Positions 1 to 8,187 of a DNA stretch of 64,000 nt are shown here, in pieces (position 1 is the stretch's first letter; each line of letters begins with the position of its first letter). The stretch lies in the NCBI GenBank assembly GCA_964388775.1, contig CAYMBW010000001.1, forward strand, positions 71,317 through 135,316. The letters run 5' to 3'. The position numbers and the translations under genes are program-made. This stretch comes from an uncultured Candidatus Saccharibacteria bacterium. GTDB lineage: Bacteria; Patescibacteriota; Minisyncoccia; Minisyncoccales; PEYH01. The notes beneath the pieces were generated by a model that was not told where the DNA came from, ran no database searches, and worked only from the letters and a program-made list of their open reading frames with translations.

Positions 1-486
1 TTTGATAAATATTTGGGCACTTCTGATATGCTTTTAGGAGAGGCGGTTTCTTATACTCTTGGCAAGAAAGTTGTGGAGGCCGATGGATTTTCCAATTGGC
101 AGATGATAGTGCCTTTTCACTTTAATCCAGATGATAGTATAACTGTTGGTGCGGTGGCTAAGGAAGGAACCGAATTGTATCTGTTAGAGAGTAACCCTGA
201 ACTATTTATTCAGCGACCAGCATTAGCTGTTAGGTTAGCTCGAAGCCGGGGAGAAATTTCAGAAAAAGAGATTGCCGGTGTGGTGATGGACCAGTGTGGA
301 GGGACATTGTTAGGCATTACCGAAGGCCTACCCGGCTGGAACCGGACGGTCTCCTTAATTGGTCCAGCTGCCGGAGAGGCACCATTCTTAGGAGTATCCA
401 ATTTAGGACCTTATGGTCATTTCCTGGGAATAGGAAATAGGTACGGAGAAGTGACAGCTTCGATAATTGTCTTTAGTAAAGATTAA
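1..486 (+). CDS. C-terminal fragment of a larger protein running off the window start; FIST-C-like sensory domain (tentative)
   Basis: Frame is open back to position 1 with no upstream stop; the tool's M at 13 is TTG; GFSNWQMIVPF...GPYGHFLGIGN resembles FIST_C; lies beside a signalling cluster. Confidence 0.35.
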   Translation, partial: FDKYLGTSDMLLGEAVSYTLGKKVVEADGFSNWQMIVPFHFNPDDSITVGAVAKEGTELYLLESNPELFIQRPALAVRLARSRGEISEKEIAGVVMDQCGGTLLGITEGLPGWNRTVSLIGPAAGEAPFLGVSNLGPYGHFLGIGNRYGEVTASIIVFSKD

Positions 487-557
487 AGATTTTATAAAGA
501 CAGAATAAATGTAGGCAAATTTTTGTTGTTTCTTTATTTTAGGGTTTAAAAAATTTA

Positions 558-1550
558 ATGACTCACAAAAGTTTAAAAGTAAAATTTGTTATTTATTTAA
601 TTCCTTTGATTTTGCTGATTTCTTGCGCCTTTTTATTTTTTTATTTATTCAGGTCTAGTTATTCTATAAAAGAACAATTATCAGAATTTGGTTTTCATTT
701 AGCAAAAGATTTATCTTATTCTTCCCAGCTGGCGGTAGCGTCAGAAGACCCAGTTTTACTCCAGCCTAGTTTGGAGGGCGTGCTCGAAGAAGAAGAGGCG
801 CTTTTAGTGGTAGTTTATAATAAGGCGGGCCATATTATTCTTTCAGAAAGTAAGAGAGAAATTGAAGAACGGATGCCCTTAGATGTGTTGGAAGAGCTTT
901 CAAGGGGAGGGGGGCCATTAAAGAAGCTTAGCCAGAGCAAAGACGATAAGAAGATATATGATTTTTATTCCCCTATTTTCATAAAGAAGACCTTTATGCC
1001 TTTTCCAACTGCTGAAGCTGGCAAATTAGCCGGCTTTGTCAGGGTTAGCTTGTCTTTAGAAAAGATTAAGACAGAGAATAGGGCAGTACTTTTTCAGGGA
1101 TTGAGTATAACTGGCTTGGTTATCTTATTGGGTTTTTTCGTGTCAATTTTCTTGGCTGAGCGATTAGTAATGCCCATTAGAATTTTCATAAAGGGAACGG
1201 AAGAAATCACTAAAGGAAATTTGGATTATCGGTTTGAAATGAAAACAGGGGACGAGATTGAACAATTAGCTGAACAGTTTAATCAGATGACCGAGAGTTT
1301 GAAAGAGTCGCGCAAAGAATTAGAAAAAGCGAGGGATGTTTTAGAGATAAGGGTGGCGGCGCGGACTAGAGAATTGAAGGAATTTGCCGAAGGGCTGGAG
1401 GAAAATATTAAATTAAGAACCAAGGAGTTGCAAGAGAGAATTGACGAATTAGAATCCTTTCATAAGCTTACCGTTGGCCGGGAATTAAAAATGATTGAGC
1501 TCAAGAAAGAGATAGAGTCCCTGAAAGAGCAATTAATTAAAAAAAGATGA
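558..1550 (+). CDS. membrane protein with HAMP domain and C-terminal coiled coil (no kinase domain)
   Basis: N-terminal TM helix, second TM then HAMP-like segment (MPIRIFIKGTEEITKGNLDYRFEMKTGDEIEQLAEQFNQM) followed by heptad-rich coiled coil. Confidence 0.6.
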   Translation: MTHKSLKVKFVIYLIPLILLISCAFLFFYLFRSSYSIKEQLSEFGFHLAKDLSYSSQLAVASEDPVLLQPSLEGVLEEEEALLVVVYNKAGHIILSESKREIEERMPLDVLEELSRGGGPLKKLSQSKDDKKIYDFYSPIFIKKTFMPFPTAEAGKLAGFVRVSLSLEKIKTENRAVLFQGLSITGLVILLGFFVSIFLAERLVMPIRIFIKGTEEITKGNLDYRFEMKTGDEIEQLAEQFNQMTESLKESRKELEKARDVLEIRVAARTRELKEFAEGLEENIKLRTKELQERIDELESFHKLTVGRELKMIELKKEIESLKEQLIKKR

Positions 1551-1554
1551 GAAA

Positions 1555-2157
1555 ATGGCTCAAAAAGTAGAAAAAGAGACAGCGCGTAATCTGATGATTA
1601 TTCCCGGGAACGTAAGAGGAACCGTTATTTTGGCGGATGCGGAATATATCCGCCAGAAATTGGGCAATCAGGGCCTTAAATTAACCGAAAAGCGCTTGCG
1701 AGAATTAGGATGTCCCTTCTTATTTGACGAAATCAAGCCAATGGAATATTATCCCGAGGCGTTTAGTGTTTTAGTTATTCTGCTGGCCAGGGAATTATTG
1801 GATTTAGACGATGAAGGAGTTTTTGAAATGGGAAAGTCAGGCCTGAAACATTCTTTTTTTGTGAGAATTTTAACAAAATATTTTCTTTCTGCCAAAAGGT
1901 GTTTTGAGGAAAGCCCGACATATTGGAAAAAACATTTTGATTTTGGAACAGTGGAGACCGTAAAATTTGACGAACAAAAACGTTCTGCGGTTTTTAGAGT
2001 CAAGGGATATAAATTTCATCCCATTATGTGCATCTATCATGAAGGTTATTTTCAGCAAATCGCTCAAATGGCGATAGGCAAAAAAGACGTTACCATAGAG
2101 GAAACAAAATGTGTGTTTAAGGGAGAGCCGTATCATGAGTATATAATTCGCTGGTGA
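1555..2157 (+). CDS. hypothetical protein co-operonic with sensor kinase
   Basis: 200-aa ORF tightly packed between the HAMP protein and the histidine kinase (4-bp and 10-bp gaps); no recognisable motif. Confidence 0.4.
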   Translation: MAQKVEKETARNLMIIPGNVRGTVILADAEYIRQKLGNQGLKLTEKRLRELGCPFLFDEIKPMEYYPEAFSVLVILLARELLDLDDEGVFEMGKSGLKHSFFVRILTKYFLSAKRCFEESPTYWKKHFDFGTVETVKFDEQKRSAVFRVKGYKFHPIMCIYHEGYFQQIAQMAIGKKDVTIEETKCVFKGEPYHEYIIRW

Positions 2158-2167
2158 CATTGATACA

Positions 2168-3766
2168 ATGAGGAATAAATTTGACTCCAATCAAAAAAGT
2201 TTAAATACTGTGCCGGAATATCAGAGAGAAATAGAAAGATTACAAGAAGACCTAAATGAAGTTACTGCTTATTTGGGTGATTTCCTTTCTTTTTTGCCTT
2301 TGCCGATTTGCGATGTAAGCCCGGCTGGAATGATAAGCAACGTGAACAAGGCCTTTGAGAAATTAACCGGCTTTCGTTTCAGCGAGGCGGTGGGCGAATA
2401 TTTATCAAAGTTTTTTACAGAGCGAGGCGACGTTAATACCTGTCTCACAACATCGGAGAAAGATAATGTGGTACAGAACAAAGAATTATCTTTAGTCACC
2501 AAGGATAATAGGAAAGTATCGGTGAGCGTGTCTTTTGCGGCGAAACGCGATAACAGAGGAGAATTAATGGGTTATTTCGTAGGGGTTACAGACATTACTC
2601 TTCTGAAAGATTTGCAAACCAGAACAGAGGAAAAAATCAAGGTCAGAACAAAGGACTTAGAGAATTCGAGAACCGCTTTGCTCAATATGCTTGAGGACGC
2701 CGAAGTGGCTAAACAGCAAATAGAAAAGGAAAAAAATAGAAGTCAGGTAATTTTTAGCAATTTTATTGATGGGCTGCTGATATTTAATCCTAAAGGAGAA
2801 TTGGAGTTTTTAAACCCCCAAGCGGAGTATTTCTTAAAGATAAAACAAACAACCTTGATTGGGAGAACAACTAAGCAATTGGTTGAGTTGCCGGAAATGC
2901 GGGATTTAGCAAAAATGCTTGCAGATAGAAAGAAAGATATTTTTAGAAAAGAGCTTCCTTTTGAAAAGGGAGAATTAGTTGTGGAAGTCACAACCCAGAC
3001 ATTGAATCCCGGAGAAGAAGACGCATCGACTCTTGTAATCCTTCATGATATTTCAAGAGAGAAGGTCATAGAGCGCCTAAAAAGTCAGTTTGTTTCGGTA
3101 GCCGCTCATCAGCTCAGAACCCCATTGTCTATTATAAAATGGTCATTGTCTATGATTTTGGAAGAGGAAATGGGACCACTTAATTCTGAACAGAAAGAAA
3201 TGCTGTCTCGGGCGAATCAGACAAACGAAAGAATGATTCGATTGATTAATGATTTGTTAAATGTCGCCAGGATAGAAGAAGGAAGATTTATGTATCGCCC
3301 GACGATAATAGATTTAGGTGAATTTGTGGAATCAATCGTTATTTCGTTAAAACCATTAGCCCAGAAGAAGAAAATAAAGCTCGGTCTCAAAATATCCAAA
3401 ACTAAAGCGCCGAAAGTTATAAGAGCTGATATTGAAAAATTAAACTTGGCAATCAAGAATATCATTGAGAACGCCATATTCTATACTGATTCCGGGGGCA
3501 GCGTTGAAGTTTCTTTAAGCAGAAAAAAGGATGAGGTGGAATTGTCTGTTAAGGACAATGGAATTGGTATTCCGAAAGACCAACTGGACAGAGTGTTCGC
3601 TAAATTTTTCAGAGCCGATAATGCCGTAAGGAAAGAGACCGAGGGCACGGGCTTGGGTTTGTTTATCGCCAAGAATGTTGTAGAAGCCCATAGGGGCAAG
3701 ATTTCGTTTGTTTCAGAAGAAAAAAAAGGCACGACCTTTACTATCTCTTTGCCGGCCATAGGGTGA
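2168..3766 (+). CDS. PAS-domain sensor histidine kinase
   Basis: HisKA H-box AAHQLRTPLSIIKWSL, N/G boxes NIIENAIFYT...GTGLGLFIAKNVVEAHRGKISF (HATPase_c); upstream PAS-like segments and coiled coil. Confidence 0.85.
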   Translation: MRNKFDSNQKSLNTVPEYQREIERLQEDLNEVTAYLGDFLSFLPLPICDVSPAGMISNVNKAFEKLTGFRFSEAVGEYLSKFFTERGDVNTCLTTSEKDNVVQNKELSLVTKDNRKVSVSVSFAAKRDNRGELMGYFVGVTDITLLKDLQTRTEEKIKVRTKDLENSRTALLNMLEDAEVAKQQIEKEKNRSQVIFSNFIDGLLIFNPKGELEFLNPQAEYFLKIKQTTLIGRTTKQLVELPEMRDLAKMLADRKKDIFRKELPFEKGELVVEVTTQTLNPGEEDASTLVILHDISREKVIERLKSQFVSVAAHQLRTPLSIIKWSLSMILEEEMGPLNSEQKEMLSRANQTNERMIRLINDLLNVARIEEGRFMYRPTIIDLGEFVESIVISLKPLAQKKKIKLGLKISKTKAPKVIRADIEKLNLAIKNIIENAIFYTDSGGSVEVSLSRKKDEVELSVKDNGIGIPKDQLDRVFAKFFRADNAVRKETEGTGLGLFIAKNVVEAHRGKISFVSEEKKGTTFTISLPAIG

Positions 3767-3820
3767 GCGCTGGTAAAAATTAACCGTATATTGTATTATG
3801 AAAGATGGGAATTAACATTT

Positions 3821-3849
3821 GACAGGGACTACTGAAGAGTTAAAATGAT
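3821..3849 (+). promoter_or_regulatory. sigma70-like promoter upstream of receiver genes
   Basis: TTGACA, 16-nt spacer, TAAAAT; 25 nt upstream of the ATG at 3874. Confidence 0.3.
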
Positions 3850-3873
3850 AATATTATTAAATATCAAGAAATT

Positions 3874-4257
3874 ATGGCCAAAAAGATTTTAATTATAGAA
3901 GATGAAGAGCTGCTTTTAAATCTTTTAAAAAACAAGCTAAGCGAATTGGGCTACGAGGTTTTTACAGCCATCGATGGCTTGCAGGGGTTAGAGGGCATTA
4001 AGGAACTCGCGCCTGACTTAGTATTGCTGGATATAGTGATGCCCAAAATGGGGGGATTTGAAGTGTTGGAGAAAAAACAGGAGGATGATTCCATCAAAAA
4101 TATTCCCGTGATTATTATTTCCAATTCCGGCCAGCCGGTGGAATTAGAAAAGGCAAAACAGTTGGGCGTCAATGATTGGCTGGTGAAAACAGAGTTTGAC
4201 CCCATAGAAGTAGTGGAAAAGGTTATAAAACAAATCGGAGACAGTAACAATAATTAA
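3874..4257 (+). CDS. single-domain response regulator (CheY-like receiver)
   Basis: KILIIEDEELL...PDLVLLDIVMPKMGGFEVL...IIISN...K receiver signature; 127 aa, no output domain. Confidence 0.8.
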   Translation: MAKKILIIEDEELLLNLLKNKLSELGYEVFTAIDGLQGLEGIKELAPDLVLLDIVMPKMGGFEVLEKKQEDDSIKNIPVIIISNSGQPVELEKAKQLGVNDWLVKTEFDPIEVVEKVIKQIGDSNNN

Positions 4258-4274
4258 ATCGGCTAAGCAAAATT

Positions 4275-4670
4275 ATGCAGGAACATATTCTCATAGTAGA
4301 AGATGATAAATTCCTGAGAGAGCTCATATCAAGAAAGCTTTTAAACGAAGGGTTTAAAATAGATGAAGCGATAGACGGAGAAGAAGCTTTAAGAAAAATA
4401 GAGGAGGCAAAACCGGATTTGGTTTTGCTTGACCTTATCTTACCCGGCTTAGATGGTTTCGAGGTTTTGGAGAGAATAAAGGACAATCCGAGCACGAACA
4501 TAGTACCGGTGCTTATCCTTTCAAATTTGGGGCAGAGAGACGAGATTGAAAGAGGGCTGAAACTGGGAGCGGTTGATTTTTTGGTAAAGGCGCATTTTAC
4601 GCCCGAGGAAATAGTGGATAAAATTAAAACTATTTTCCAAAAAAAGCCCGTAACCGGCAAAAACGAATAA
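4275..4670 (+). CDS. single-domain response regulator (CheY-like receiver)
   Basis: HILIVEDDKFL...PDLVLLDLILPGLDGFEVL...LILSN receiver signature; 131 aa. Confidence 0.8.
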   Translation: MQEHILIVEDDKFLRELISRKLLNEGFKIDEAIDGEEALRKIEEAKPDLVLLDLILPGLDGFEVLERIKDNPSTNIVPVLILSNLGQRDEIERGLKLGAVDFLVKAHFTPEEIVDKIKTIFQKKPVTGKNE

Positions 4671-4682
4671 TTTTACGAGTTT

Positions 4683-5675
4683 TTGACAGGAGGAATTTCG
4701 AGAAAAGTCCCGAGCAAGGACTTTTCTTTGCGCAATATGCTTATTTTAATTTTTGGCAAAGATACATATAGAGGATGGCAAAAGCTTAAAGAGATAGTCG
4801 GCGATTTCGAGCAAGAGAACAATATTTCTTTGTCTTTGGATTCTTTGGAAAATGATACTTTTACAATAGAGGATTTGAAAAACGAATTAAGGCATGGCTC
4901 AATGTTTGAGAAAAAAAAGATAGTAGTTTTGAGGAACGGCTTTAGCAAGACGAACTTTAAAGAAGGGTTTATGAAAGAAATTAAAGGCCTATCAGGATAT
5001 AAAGATGCTTTAATGGTTTTTTATGAAGAAGGAGAGGCCTCAATAAATGCGGATTTTTTGAAACTTCTCAAGAAATACGGCGATGTTTACAAGTTCGATT
5101 TTTTAAAAGACAGCGACTTGAAAGAATGGGTTAAAAAAGAGTTATCTTTATTAGGGGCAAGGGTGAACCCGGATGCTCTGGCGTTATTAATTAATTCAAC
5201 GGGTGGCGACTTGTGGCGGTTATCAGCGGAGATTAAAAAACTTGTTGCCTATAAAGTGAGCGAGAAGAATATTGAGAAGAAAGACGTGGAGCTTTTAGTG
5301 AGGCCCAATGTTAATGCCGTGATTTTTAAAACCATTGATGCGATCGCCGCGGGAGACAAAAAAATCGCTCTTGATTTGATATATAGACATTTAGAAAAAG
5401 GCGATTCCCCGCTTTATCTCTTTTCAATGATAATATTTCAATTTAGAAATCTATTGGTTGTTAAAGAATTGGAGGAACGGTCTTTTGAAGAAAAAGTAAA
5501 AATTTTAAAACCTATGCGCCCTTTTGTGGTAAGAAAAAGCTCTTGGTTGGCGGGCAGGTTTTCTCTGAAGCAGCTACAAGACATCTATTTGAAAATTTTT
5601 AAGATGGATTTGGCGATTAAGAAGGGGAAAATAAAACCAGAGACAGCTCTGGAATTATTGGTTGCAGATATCTAA
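4683..5675 (+). CDS. holA: DNA polymerase III delta subunit; start probably the internal ATG near 4736
   Basis: Length and pattern (MLILIFGKDTY... C-terminal IDAIAAGDKKIALDLIYRHLEKGDSPLYLFSMIIFQFRNLL) typical of HolA; 5' end overlaps the preceding gene, so the start is uncertain. Confidence 0.65.
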   Translation: MTGGISRKVPSKDFSLRNMLILIFGKDTYRGWQKLKEIVGDFEQENNISLSLDSLENDTFTIEDLKNELRHGSMFEKKKIVVLRNGFSKTNFKEGFMKEIKGLSGYKDALMVFYEEGEASINADFLKLLKKYGDVYKFDFLKDSDLKEWVKKELSLLGARVNPDALALLINSTGGDLWRLSAEIKKLVAYKVSEKNIEKKDVELLVRPNVNAVIFKTIDAIAAGDKKIALDLIYRHLEKGDSPLYLFSMIIFQFRNLLVVKELEERSFEEKVKILKPMRPFVVRKSSWLAGRFSLKQLQDIYLKIFKMDLAIKKGKIKPETALELLVADI

Positions 5676-5716
5676 AAAGTGTTTGATTTCCGAAATCAGA
5701 CAATCTGATAAGTGTT

Positions 5717-5971
5717 TTATTTCAAAACCCGGGTAATGCTGGATTTTTTTCTGGCCGCCGTATTTTTCTTGATAACATTTTCTTTGGCCGCCTTGTCCAC
5801 CGCCTTATAATACTTAGAGAGCAGTTCGCGCGCTTCTTTTATTTTGTTTTCTTTTTGCAGAGCAAGGATTTGCTTTTGCAGTCCCTTAATGATTTTTTTG
5901 TAGCGCAAATTAGACGCTCTGTTTCGGCGCTCTTTTCTCAATGATTTAATGGCTGATTTTGTAATAGGCAT
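5717..5971 (-). CDS. rpsT: 30S ribosomal protein S20
   Basis: MPITKSAIKSLRKERRNRASNLRYKK...; ATG verified at 5969-5971 on the minus strand; the tool ORF carries a 5-aa upstream extension. Confidence 0.85.
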   Translation of the reverse strand: MPITKSAIKSLRKERRNRASNLRYKKIIKGLQKQILALQKENKIKEARELLSKYYKAVDKAAKENVIKKNTAARKKSSITRVLK

Positions 5972-6080
5972 GTTTCCTTTGGTCAAATTAAAAAATTAAA
6001 ATGAAAAATTAAGAATAAGAATAAAATATTTCTTGTGGTTAATACAATATCATACCCTTTATTTTTTTTCAAGCTTGAGC

Positions 6081-6118
6081 GGTTGAAAGCAAGCGGGGAA
6101 TAGGGAAATTAAATTTGA
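6081..6118 (+). repeat. promoter-like direct repeat, copy 1 (GTTGAAARCAAGCRGGRAATAGGG), upstream of the DGR
   Basis: About 30-nt core shared with 9375-9417 (4 mismatches); contains -35-like TTGAAA. Confidence 0.5.
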
Positions 6119-6126
6119 CTTTGTTT

Positions 6127-6162
6127 TGACAATGTGTTATGATGATGTTGTTATTATAATGA
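6127..6162 (+). promoter_or_regulatory. candidate promoter for the DGR target gene
   Basis: TTGACA followed 20-23 nt later by TATTATAAT; strong SD AAGGAGG 8 nt before the ATG at 6300. Confidence 0.3.
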
Positions 6163-6299
6163 AGTTCTTTGAAAAAAGAGGTTCAACCTTATGAGGCGAG
6201 TTCTTTGGGCGTCCCTCAAAAGGGATTTCTAAAGGTCTCGTCTCATAAAAGAGACAAGACGTTTATCCGAGCGAATCGGGTAAGCAAAACAAAAGGAGG

Positions 6300-7208
6300 A
6301 TGACGATGCCAAAAGCATTGATCACTAGCCGTGACGACAAAGGTCGTCATGCGGTCCACTTGTTCGAGATTGAGTATGACAAAGCAAGACTCGATGATGC
6401 ACGCGCGCAGCGGCTCAACGAGCGTGGAGGCGAACTCCAGGAAGGCATCGCAAAGCTCATCGCAGAGCTCTCGGTGTCCAACCGGTTCGCTGACGAGGAA
6501 ATGGAGTCGAGTTACACCTACCCAGGGGAGTACAAGGGGCCGAAGCCGATCGAGGAGCAGATCAAGGCAATCGCCAAGATCTTTGGACTTGACCCGAGTC
6601 AGGCGTTGGAATACGCCAAGAACTTGCCGGCGCTCCCCGAGGGTGCCGAAGGGTGGTTCGCAATCCCGTCGGTCGACGCACTTGCCAAGAGGCACTTCCC
6701 CGAAGTGACTGACCCGGTTGAGAAGTACTGCCGAGCTGTTCAGCTCGTTCACGCCAAGATCGCGGAATTTCGAACGTTCTGCAACTACCGCGAGGGGCAG
6801 ATCACACCTGACCACCTTCGGATGCATGCTCATACGGCACGCACACTCGAGCAGATCGCTGAGACGCAGAAGGGTGATATCCTAATCATCGCTGCTGAGC
6901 TCGGCATGAGGCACGGGAATCCGATTGCCCGCTCTGTTCGCAGAGCTCGTGAGGTTTTCATCGATAACGAGTTCGGCCTCGGATCAGTGGCAGGAGGATC
7001 CATCCTTCTGACTCATCCAGAGAGAGAGGTTCGATGGGAACAGCTTCACATGGTTCTTCCTGGCGATGAGTTTGCCCCGGGAGCCGGTGGCGATTTCTCG
7101 GGCGCGCCCTGCTTCTACTTCCACGACGGCAGGCTCGGGTTCGGCACGTACTGGCTCGACAATGCCAATCAGAACTATGGCTCGGCGTCCGGCTTTCTCC
7201 CGCAGTAG
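6300..7208 (+). CDS. DGR target (variable) protein with C-terminal variable repeat; no signal peptide; GC-rich relative to host
   Basis: Last 41 codons (AGGDFSGAPCFYFHDGRLGFGTYWLDNANQNYGSASGFLPQ) form the VR; gene is about 55-65% GC in a roughly 34% GC genome; SD AAGGAGG. Confidence 0.85.
   Translation: MTMPKALITSRDDKGRHAVHLFEIEYDKARLDDARAQRLNERGGELQEGIAKLIAELSVSNRFADEEMESSYTYPGEYKGPKPIEEQIKAIAKIFGLDPSQALEYAKNLPALPEGAEGWFAIPSVDALAKRHFPEVTDPVEKYCRAVQLVHAKIAEFRTFCNYREGQITPDHLRMHAHTARTLEQIAETQKGDILIIAAELGMRHGNPIARSVRRAREVFIDNEFGLGSVAGGSILLTHPEREVRWEQLHMVLPGDEFAPGAGGDFSGAPCFYFHDGRLGFGTYWLDNANQNYGSASGFLPQ
7083..7205 (+). repeat. DGR variable repeat (VR), 3' end of target gene
   Basis: 123 nt aligning with 7640-7762; 12 mismatches, every one at an A in the TR copy; identical GC-rich 3' end (IMH-like). 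Confidence 0.85.
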
Positions 7209-7282
7209 TACTTTGGACTCTTGGGACTTTTGAACCCTTTTGGGGGTTTGACTTCTTGTCTCGGGGGCTAACAAGACATCAA

Positions 7283-7325
7283 TGAGGGCTGTTCACCACG
7301 CATGACAGCCCTCACTCTTTTTTTA
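7283..7325 (+). terminator. rho-independent terminator after the target gene
   Basis: GAGGGCTGT-tcaccacgcatg-ACAGCCCTC followed by a T-run; preceded by a second hairpin TCTTGT-ctcgggggcta-ACAAGA (7252-7276). Confidence 0.6.
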
Positions 7326-7639
7326 TTTTCTAAACCTGATATACTGATAGACGAGTATAGGCTAATGTATGGCAGTTTACGCCCGCCTGCAGCGCTTTGC
7401 GCAGCAATGCGGGCAGGGATTGCTATCGCCGAACTCTCTCTTCAATAAAAAGAGATTAAACAACCAGAATCTTGACGACTACGGTTTTCAAGAGCGAGTT
7501 GTCTTGAGGAGATACTGCTTGCTCTTGTCTGGGGCAGATGCCTCGAGTTTATCGAGGGGCTGCTGCCGAATAAAATACAGGAAGAAAAGATTTTCTTAAC
7601 TTCCAGTGATATGGATGGACAAGGGCAAATTAACCGGAA

Positions 7640-7762
7640 GCCGATGGCGATTTCTCGAACGCGCCCTACTTCAACTTCAACGACGGCAAGCTCAAGTTCG
7701 ACACGAACTGGCTCGACAATGCCAATCAGAACTATGGCTCGGCGTCCGGCTTTCTCCCGAAG
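7640..7762 (+). repeat. DGR template repeat (TR)
   Basis: Encodes ADGDFSNAPYFNFNDGKLKFDTNWLDNANQNYGSASGFLPK in the VR frame; the variable codons are AAC, AAG, GAC, GAT and TAC; about 29 A residues, 12 substituted in the VR. Confidence 0.85.
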
Positions 7763-7765
7763 TCT

Positions 7766-7806
7766 CTTCTCAAAGAACAAAGAGTGTCTGTTTTAAGACA
7801 CTCTTT
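7766..7806. terminator. perfect 14-bp hairpin immediately 3' of the TR, also at the 3' end of avd on the minus strand
   Basis: AACAAAGAGTGTCT-gtttta-AGACACTCTTTGTT; possible bidirectional terminator or DGR structural element. Confidence 0.5.
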
Positions 7807-7815
7807 GTTTATCAG

Positions 7816-8166
7816 TTAATTATTCAAGGACCTTATCCAACCGCCGAGCATTCGGCCGATTTCATCAATTTCTTTTTCAATCAAGATATATTTTTTATTA
7901 TCCAATGCCTTTGTATCTTTTAATAAGCGCATAAATATGCGGAGCATATCAAGCATAGAATCAATATTTCTTAAATCTTTAAGTTTTTCATTTTTAGGAA
8001 GACGGCTTACTTTAAGAATGGACTCTATAATCTCAAGCAGGGCATCCTCTGTTTTTGCATATATCGTAAATCTGTCCTGTTTAGGAATCAGGTACCTGAA
8101 TTCATGAAGTAATTTGTATAATTCATACAACTTTTTGAAAATGGGGATTTCATCTTCAATATTCAT
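7816..8166 (-). CDS. avd: DGR accessory variability determinant (Avd-like four-helix-bundle protein)
   Basis: 116 aa; C-terminus EIDEIGRMLGGWIRSLNN and overall pattern match Bordetella bAvd / 23S-IVS four-helix-bundle family (EVGRILGSWIARVN). Confidence 0.75.
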   Translation of the reverse strand: MNIEDEIPIFKKLYELYKLLHEFRYLIPKQDRFTIYAKTEDALLEIIESILKVSRLPKNEKLKDLRNIDSMLDMLRIFMRLLKDTKALDNKKYILIEKEIDEIGRMLGGWIRSLNN

Positions 8167-8187
8167 TTCTTTTAATCTTAATTATAT

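Noticed and set aside
1749-2190. Minus-strand ORFs 1749-2003 and 1870-2190
   Set aside because: They run antisense within the 200-aa plus-strand ORF of the tightly packed signalling operon; no support.
3951-4660. Minus-strand ORFs 3951-4250 and 4223-4660
   Set aside because: They run antisense to two clearly conserved receiver-domain genes and have no features.
6243-6833. 196-aa minus-strand ORF, the 125-aa alternative-frame ORF at 6331-6708, and minus-strand ORFs 6984-7274 and 7442-7780 in the DGR region
   Set aside because: They lie inside the GC-rich target gene and the VR/TR repeats, where high GC suppresses stop codons in every frame. 6984-7274 and 7442-7780 are simply the reverse complements of the VR and TR (which is why they resemble each other). 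None has an SD sequence or a recognisable motif.
6240-7780. GC-rich block as contamination or a chimeric contig join
   Set aside because: The TR/VR pair shows the expected A-specific relationship, with both copies inside the GC-rich block. AT-rich host-like sequence with matching direct repeats flanks both sides. Without reads I cannot prove contiguity, so the question stays open under the compositional-discontinuity finding.
7369-7923. Plus-strand ORFs 7369-7599, 7606-7923 and 7611-7796 spanning the TR
   Set aside because: They translate the non-coding TR region; 7606-7923 also runs antisense through the 3' end of avd. The TR needs no translation. The C-terminal similarity of 7611-7796 to the target protein reflects the TR/VR identity.
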